Of a DNA stretch of 32,116 nucleotides, positions 27,062-32,116 are shown one piece after another. The notes below the pieces were generated by a model. The model saw nothing but the letters and a program-made list of their open reading frames with translations. It had not been told where the DNA came from and did not search any database. Location: contig JBDRXT010000002.1 of NCBI GenBank assembly GCA_039803045.1, forward strand, positions 1-32,116, in the 5' to 3' direction. Positions within the stretch are counted from its first letter, which is position 1, and each line of letters starts with the position of its first letter. Position numbers and translations under genes: made by a program. This DNA is from a candidate division WOR-3 bacterium. GTDB lineage: Bacteria > Hydrothermota > Hydrothermia > LBFQ01 > DSFT01.

Positions 27062-28429
27062 GTGAAAGTTAACTTCCAAGAGGTTATATTAAATGCAATA
27101 AGTTCGAAATTTAGTGGAAGATTGATTTTTATCGGTCCTGAAGGTGGTGTTGTAAGGGTTGTATTCATCGAGGGGAAAATAAAAGAAGTGGATAGTACAT
27201 GGGGTTATGGTTCAAATGAGTTAGAAAAGTTAAAATTGTGGGGTGAAGGAAATGTCATAACAAAAGAACTAAATCAAAAAGAAATTGAAAAATACAAAGC
27301 TTCTCCAACAATTGAATATAAATTTACTTGTCCAAATTGTGGAAATGAAATACCCTTAATTACAAACTTTTGTCCTGAATGTGGATATCAGATAAGAAAC
27401 GTAAAAGTTTGTTCGAATTGTGGTTTTGAAAATCCAACAAATGCAAAATTTTGTGAAAAATGTGGAAATAAATTTTATACTGAACAAATAACGAAAAATG
27501 TAAAAATTTGTCCAAATTGTTCAAGTGCTATTAGTCAAAATGCGAAATTTTGTCCAGAGTGTGGTTATAATTTTATAAAAATATGTCCTAAATGTAAATC
27601 GGAAAATCTAGTAGATGCTAAGTTTTGCGAGGAATGTGGTTATGTATTTAAAAAGGAAAAAAATTTTTCTTTTCTCAAAATTTCCACCTTAGTAAGTATA
27701 TTTTTCATAATCATAGCTTTATTAACTATAATCCCTTTATCAAAAAGAAGAAGTTCAGAAGTGGTTTTGCAAGCCCCTGGAGTTATACAAGAATTCATTA
27801 CTTCAAATCAAGGTACAAAAGTAGAGACTTTGAATATTACACCTAAAAAATTGGAAGAACCTCAAGAATCTAAAAAAATTGTAAGTAATATAAAATCTGA
27901 AAAAAGAGAAGAAGTGCAAGTTAATAATACAGGGGAGAATTTAACTTGTAATGAGAATAGTTATACTTATAGGAATTTAAAACTTGATGGAATAAGCTTT
28001 GAAATAACTCAGAACAAGAAATTGAATTATTACAAATATGGTCCAATGAATTTAACTAATTACGATACATTGAAAGTTAATATTGAAATTATTACGGGCT
28101 TATTAAGAAGTAAAGAAGCGATTTTGTTTATTGTAAGTTTAAAAAATATTGAACATATTGAGAACTTAAGTTTATATAAGGTTCAGGATCTCAATAACTT
28201 TGATAATTTCGTAAAATCTGGCTTTAATTTGCCATTTAAAAAGGCTTACATTACTTCAAAAGGTTCAATTTTCTTCAATCCTAATAATTCTGATGAATAC
28301 TATTTAGTTATAGTAAATCCACCTTATATTGAAAAAGAGGGGAATAAAACTTATATTAAATCAAAGCCTCTCTTTTTCAATTTATACATAATTTTGAAAA
28401 CTTGCAAAAAATCTGGTTTAAAATTATAG
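27062..28429 (+). CDS. Single-pass membrane protein: DUF4388-like N-domain, 4 tandem zinc ribbons, TM helix, uncharacterised C-terminal domain of about 225 aa
   Basis: 455 aa. Residues 5-70 (FQEVILNAISSKFSGRLIFIGPEGGVVRVVFIEGKIKEV...LKLWGEG) fit the DUF4388 pattern. Four CxxC-x(9-10)-CxxCG units span aa 90-196 (nt 27329..27649). Hydrophobic helix about aa 203-226 (nt 27668..27739). The C-terminal region has no motif I recognise. GTG start; there is no in-frame ATG near the N-terminus. Confidence 0.55.
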   Translation: MKVNFQEVILNAISSKFSGRLIFIGPEGGVVRVVFIEGKIKEVDSTWGYGSNELEKLKLWGEGNVITKELNQKEIEKYKASPTIEYKFTCPNCGNEIPLITNFCPECGYQIRNVKVCSNCGFENPTNAKFCEKCGNKFYTEQITKNVKICPNCSSAISQNAKFCPECGYNFIKICPKCKSENLVDAKFCEECGYVFKKEKNFSFLKISTLVSIFFIIIALLTIIPLSKRRSSEVVLQAPGVIQEFITSNQGTKVETLNITPKKLEEPQESKKIVSNIKSEKREEVQVNNTGENLTCNENSYTYRNLKLDGISFEITQNKKLNYYKYGPMNLTNYDTLKVNIEIITGLLRSKEAILFIVSLKNIEHIENLSLYKVQDLNNFDNFVKSGFNLPFKKAYITSKGSIFFNPNNSDEYYLVIVNPPYIEKEGNKTYIKSKPLFFNLYIILKTCKKSGLKL

Positions 28430-28433
28430 AACT
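28415..28433 (+). promoter_or_regulatory. GGTTTAAAATTA box embedded in the 3' end of the upstream gene, ahead of the WG-repeat gene
   Basis: TAAAAT (28419..28424) ends 9 nt before the TTG at 28434. The box encodes the last residues (GLKL) of the upstream protein. Confidence 0.25.
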
Positions 28434-29957
28434 TTGTTTCTTCTGCCATACTTCGTAGATAGCATTTGGATTTTTAAGGATAGTTTAGGTAAAATCTTAT
28501 TTAAGAGTAGAGAGAAGTTTAATTATGTTTCTGCTTTTTATGGTGGAATTGCAAGATTTAATTTAGGTGGTAGGTGTAATTTTATGGATGAGTGTGAGGA
28601 AGGTGAGTGGGGTATTATAGATTTTAAGGGAAAAATTTTAATAAGGGGTTTAGAGTGGATTAGTAATTTTGTTGGAAATTTAGCAATATTTCAGAGGAAT
28701 TATAAATTTGGGTTAATAAGGAAAGATGGAAGAATTATTCTTCCTGCTAAAATTGATGAAATTATAATAATTGATGAAAATTTTATTTTTTATAGACTTG
28801 GAGATAAGTGGGGTATAGTTAATGGCAAAGGTAATGTTATTTTTGAAAGTCAGTTTAATAGTTTTATAAAATTAAATGATTCTTTATTTATTGTTACAAA
28901 AGGTGGAGAATGTGATATTTTTAACAGGTGTGAAAGAAGTAAGTTTGGGATAATATCAAAAAGGGGGAAGTTTGTTGTTCCTCTAAGATTTGAAGCAATT
29001 GGGGAGATTAAGGATAGTTTTGTAGAAATTAATTATGAAGGGTTTTGGGGTCTTATGAAATTAGATCAAAAATTTGTAATAGAGCCAAAGTTTGAGGATA
29101 TTTTATATTTCGATAGTCTCGTTTGGTTTAAAGAAAATAATAAGTGGGGATTAATGGATCTAAAAAAGAGGATTATTATAAAACCTAATTTTTCAGAAAT
29201 TATACGTTTTGGAGAGATTAATTTTTTAAAATTCAAATTAGATGAGAAGTGGGGAATTATTAGTTCGAGAGGAAAAATTATTTCAGAAGCTAAATTTGAT
29301 AATGTAACTTTTTTAGGTGATAAATACTTTTTAGTAGAAAAAGACGGTTTAAAGGGCGTTATTGACACAGGAGGAAACATATTAATTCCAATTAGGTTCA
29401 AAGACATATCTTACAACACTAATAAATTTGCTTTTTACGATGGCAAGTATTGGACTTATAAAAATTTAAAATTTTCTTATATTGAGATTTTAAATAATGT
29501 TTTGCTTGCTCAAAAGGATAATTTTTTCGGAATTTTAGATACTAGTGGTAATATTGTTCTGGAATTTCACTATGATAGTATAAGAATATTTGAGAATTTC
29601 ATTTTTGCAAAAACAAAGAAATACTGGAAAATATTTGGGTCTAATTTCGTTGAAATTGTTAGAGATGTTGATAGCTTTGAAATTCAGGAAAGTTTGTTAA
29701 AATTCAGAAAGATGAACAAATGGGGCTTGATTGATATGAATGGCAATATTATTTCAGGTGCTATTTATGATTATATTGATAAGATAGATGAGAATGGAAT
29801 TTTGAGAGTTGTAAAGGATAATAAGTTTGGTCTTTTGAGATTTGATGGGGAATTGATATTAGAACCAAGATATAAATTTATTTATAAGTTTTATAAGAAT
29901 GTTTACAAAGTTATTTTGGAAAATAGCTTTGACTATGTTTTAGTTAAAAAGCTTTAA
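28434..29957 (+). CDS. WG-containing (KWG-type) repeat protein
   Basis: 507 aa. About 11 repeats of about 40 aa of the form (K/F)(W/F)G(I/L)(I/M)D..G..I(I/L)P..(F/Y)(D/E).I, for example KWGIVNGKGNVIFESQFNSF, KWGLMDLKKRIIIKPNFSEI, KWGLIDMNGNIISGAIYDYI. TTG start inferred, because the first repeat precedes the first ATG. No clear signal peptide. Confidence 0.75.
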   Translation: MFLLPYFVDSIWIFKDSLGKILFKSREKFNYVSAFYGGIARFNLGGRCNFMDECEEGEWGIIDFKGKILIRGLEWISNFVGNLAIFQRNYKFGLIRKDGRIILPAKIDEIIIIDENFIFYRLGDKWGIVNGKGNVIFESQFNSFIKLNDSLFIVTKGGECDIFNRCERSKFGIISKRGKFVVPLRFEAIGEIKDSFVEINYEGFWGLMKLDQKFVIEPKFEDILYFDSLVWFKENNKWGLMDLKKRIIIKPNFSEIIRFGEINFLKFKLDEKWGIISSRGKIISEAKFDNVTFLGDKYFLVEKDGLKGVIDTGGNILIPIRFKDISYNTNKFAFYDGKYWTYKNLKFSYIEILNNVLLAQKDNFFGILDTSGNIVLEFHYDSIRIFENFIFAKTKKYWKIFGSNFVEIVRDVDSFEIQESLLKFRKMNKWGLIDMNGNIISGAIYDYIDKIDENGILRVVKDNKFGLLRFDGELILEPRYKFIYKFYKNVYKVILENSFDYVLVKKL

Positions 29958-29969
29958 AATTTAGGAGCC
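29951..29969 (+). promoter_or_regulatory. GCTTTAAAATTT box overlapping the WG-gene stop codon, followed by an AGGAG SD
   Basis: GCTTTAAAATTTAGGAGCC-ATG. The TAA stop (29955..29957) lies inside the box. TAAAAT ends 9 nt before the ATG at 29970. AGGAG at 29963..29967. Confidence 0.3.
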
Positions 29970-30635
29970 ATGATTTTGATTGTTATAAACCAGGTTTTTG
30001 ATTTAAGGATTGAACAAAGTAGGGTAGAAGTTGAAATAAGTGGCCAAGGCTATAATATGGTTAAGGTTGATGCAAAAACTTATGGTTATGAAGAAAAAGC
30101 AAAAGAATATTATAAGTATAAAATAACTGAAAACACAAGATTTGTAATCCCACAATCTTCAAAATTACGCATAAAAGCTATAGGCAATATTACTTGTACT
30201 CATAGTGCTGTTGTTCTAAATAAGTGTGAAGGAGATTTTCCAAAGATTAAGATTTATGGTATAATTGATAGTCTTGATATTGAGTGTAAGCTATGTTCAA
30301 TTGAGTTTAATCTAATTGTAAATGAGGGGAGGGCATTAGTTGATAATGGAATAGCAAGAGGTGAGCTTAGGGTAAATAATACTTTTAATTGGACGTTTAT
30401 GAATGCGAATGGTGATTTTAAGAATTATTTTGGCTCGGGTAGAATTATAAATAGAAATGGGTATATTAAATTCAAGACAAGTAATTCTTTAAAAGTTGTT
30501 TATTCAAAAGATTTGGGGGATTTTAAAGTTTATGGGAGGAATATAAAGTGTTTTGCTTGTCAAGGCGAAATAGGTTCATCTGATAAGGTTTTATACGTAG
30601 AACAAACTAATGGGAGTTTTGAAATTTCAAGATGA
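29970..30635 (+). CDS. Hypothetical protein, predicted beta-rich, no signal peptide
   Basis: 221 aa. Alternating hydrophobic/polar beta-strand-like pattern (RVEVEISGQGYNMVKVDA, RFVIPQSSKLRIKAIGNITC, IKIYGIIDSLDIECKLCSIEFNLIV, LRVNNTFNWTFMN, IKFKTSNSLKVVYS). Vaguely reminiscent of DUF4097-type beta-helical proteins, but I cannot assign a family. Confidence 0.5.
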   Translation: MILIVINQVFDLRIEQSRVEVEISGQGYNMVKVDAKTYGYEEKAKEYYKYKITENTRFVIPQSSKLRIKAIGNITCTHSAVVLNKCEGDFPKIKIYGIIDSLDIECKLCSIEFNLIVNEGRALVDNGIARGELRVNNTFNWTFMNANGDFKNYFGSGRIINRNGYIKFKTSNSLKVVYSKDLGDFKVYGRNIKCFACQGEIGSSDKVLYVEQTNGSFEISR

Positions 30636-30883
30636 ATTATATTTATAAGATGTATCTGGAAATTTTATCTGAAAAAGGTTATTTAGAGCTTGAGGAGTTT
30701 ATAGAGATTTTAAAAAATCAAATAAATGAATTCTTTGATATTGCTTATCAAAACATATTAGACAGTATTTATGCTAAATCTCAAGAGTTAACTATAACTG
30801 ATGAAGAAATTGAACAAATTGCTCAAAGAGAATACGAGAGAATTGAAATTTTAAGAAAAAAAATATTCAATTTGCCAATTTGA
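30632..30883 (+). CDS. Hypothetical small acidic helical protein
   Basis: 83 aa, Glu/Ile/Leu-rich with predicted helices. ATGA overlap with the preceding ORF suggests translational coupling. No recognisable motif. Confidence 0.45.
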   Translation: MNYIYKMYLEILSEKGYLELEEFIEILKNQINEFFDIAYQNILDSIYAKSQELTITDEEIEQIAQREYERIEILRKKIFNLPI

Positions 30884-30895
30884 AATTTTCTAATT

Positions 30896-30913
30896 GCTTT
30901 AAAATTTAAAATT
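30896..30913 (+). promoter_or_regulatory. Tandem overlapping TTTAAAAT boxes upstream of the C25 peptidase gene
   Basis: GCTTTAAAATTTAAAATT-ATG. The first TAAAAT (30900..30905) ends 8 nt before the ATG at 30914. A second TTTAAAAT lies at 30905..30912. No SD. Confidence 0.35.
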
Positions 30914-32116
30914 ATGCTTTTTATTTTTAGTTTAATTTTAAATCTTAGCTATAATGATGAAGTTATTAAAAAACTTCCTATAATTTTTCAAGAGGGTTAT
31001 CCTGTATTACCTTATGACTTTCGTCTTATTGAAATTCCACATAATGCTCAAAATGTAAGCATAAGTATTATTAAATCCAATTTAACATTATATAAAACTA
31101 ATGTTGAATTGGATTATAACGATAAATTCCAGTATATTGATGAGAATGGAAATTTAAAAACAATACAAATACCAAGAGTTGATATTGGAAATAGATTTCC
31201 AAAATCCCCCGTTGAACTAAAAAATGTTGGTTATATGAGGGACAAAAAGTATGCACTCGTTTTTATATATCCACTAACTTATGAAAATGGGAATTTATAT
31301 TTAAATCAAAGTATAAGTTTTCGCATTGAATATGATTTATCTCAAACAACTTATACTCTAAAGCCTTTACCTGACAGCGTAGATTATTTAATATTAACAA
31401 TAAATCAATTTAAGGAACCTTTTGATTCAATTGCTCAACTTTCAAGGATAAGAGGTTATAGAACAATAGTAATTTATGTAGATTCTATAAAAGATAATCC
31501 GGAAAAAATTAGGAATTTAATAATTTGGGCATATAGAACTCTTGGTATAAAATACTTGCTAATAGGAGCGGATGCAACAATAATTAAACCTTGGAGATTT
31601 CAATTAAGATTTTATGATAGTGATCAAAATTTTCCAAGTGGTCCTGATGTTCATACAGACTATCCTTATTCTGCATTAGATGGGGATTATAAAGATAATA
31701 TAAGATGGAATCTTGGTGATAGCATTATTGATCCAATGCCAGACGTTGCAATAGCAAGGCTTCCAATAACAAATGCTTATGAAGCATTTAATTATTATTA
31801 TAAATTAAAGGATTGGACATTTAACTTTTCTGGTGATACTGGAGGTTTTGCATGTCTTGAAAGTGAAATAGCTTATAATTATTTTGGATGGTATTGTGAA
31901 AATATTATTTCATCTTCAAACATGCCAAGACCTATAAGATTATACGAACCTTATTTTAATGGAAATTTAACTGCTCAAATCTTATTTGACTCATTAAATT
32001 TAAACAAGCCCCAATTTTTCTTTTATATTGGACATGCTAATGGATTTTTAATAGCAGCAAGTTATGCTAATCCCTCAATTTATGTATATACTACTGATTT
32101 TTATAATTTGTCTTCA
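30914..32116 (+). CDS. Peptidase C25 (gingipain-like) family protein, 3'-truncated by window edge
   Basis: My translation from ATG 30914 is open for 401 codons to the window end, so it has no stop and is absent from the ORF track. Hydrophobic N-terminus MLFIFSLILNLS. DYLILTINQF...LLIGADATI, TDYPYSALDGD...PDVAIARLPI (compare the C25 pattern D.YY..LDG.D..PD...GRLP) and FYIGHANGF (candidate catalytic His-Gly). The catalytic Cys region would lie beyond the window. Confidence 0.55.
   Translation, partial: MLFIFSLILNLSYNDEVIKKLPIIFQEGYPVLPYDFRLIEIPHNAQNVSISIIKSNLTLYKTNVELDYNDKFQYIDENGNLKTIQIPRVDIGNRFPKSPVELKNVGYMRDKKYALVFIYPLTYENGNLYLNQSISFRIEYDLSQTTYTLKPLPDSVDYLILTINQFKEPFDSIAQLSRIRGYRTIVIYVDSIKDNPEKIRNLIIWAYRTLGIKYLLIGADATIIKPWRFQLRFYDSDQNFPSGPDVHTDYPYSALDGDYKDNIRWNLGDSIIDPMPDVAIARLPITNAYEAFNYYYKLKDWTFNFSGDTGGFACLESEIAYNYFGWYCENIISSSNMPRPIRLYEPYFNGNLTAQILFDSLNLNKPQFFFYIGHANGFLIAASYANPSIYVYTTDFYNLSS

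Noticed and set aside
29066-29407. 113-aa ORF antisense to the WG-repeat gene.
   Set aside because: It is nested in a gene with an unmistakable periodic repeat signature, and its product is low-complexity. Shadow ORF.
1-32116. A scan for CRISPR arrays, IS or transposon ends, integrases, prophage genes, restriction-modification or other defence genes, and long direct or inverted DNA repeats.
   Set aside because: None found by reading both strands. The only repetition is intragenic (zinc-ribbon units, WG repeats) and the short TTTAAAAT boxes. Composition looks uniform, so there is no evident island boundary.

Overview
Visibly AT-rich (roughly 30% G+C by eye, not computed), very tightly packed bacterial chromosome segment made almost entirely of core housekeeping genes. 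I found no rRNA, tRNA, CRISPR array, transposase or integrase. Lys/Glu/Ile-rich proteins and near-zero intergenic space suggest a streamlined, possibly thermophilic organism, but the lineage cannot be assigned from this window. Gene order: rpoB (5'-truncated), rpoC, a periplasmic-binding-fold protein, a micro-ORF, a DUF77-like protein and dapA on the plus strand. Then an ABC ATPase and a sigma-70-family factor (minus), prmC-like (plus), an O-antigen-ligase-like membrane protein (minus), and yajC-def (plus). Next a minus-strand chain rpmA-rpsL-rpsG-MDR oxidoreductase-M50 protease-SDR. Then dnaJ, nrdJ (class II RNR), enoyl-CoA hydratase, a BCCP-like protein and accD (plus), ftsX-like and purE (minus), and priA (plus). 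The window ends with an uncharacterised plus-strand cluster: a DUF4388-like/4x zinc-ribbon/TM protein, a WG-repeat protein, two orphan proteins and a 3'-truncated C25 gingipain-like peptidase. Three things stand out. (1) An oriented TTTAAAAT box, often GCTTTAAAATTT, lies 6-9 nt upstream of nearly every start codon that is not overlap-coupled to the preceding gene, and it is palindromic or duplicated in divergent intergenic regions. (2) Compaction is extreme: many 1-, 4- and 8-nt same-strand overlaps, all four convergent pairs overlap at their 3' ends, and I saw no convincing intrinsic terminator. (3) The terminal cluster has no known function. No defence, mobile or toxin system can be supported from the sequence.
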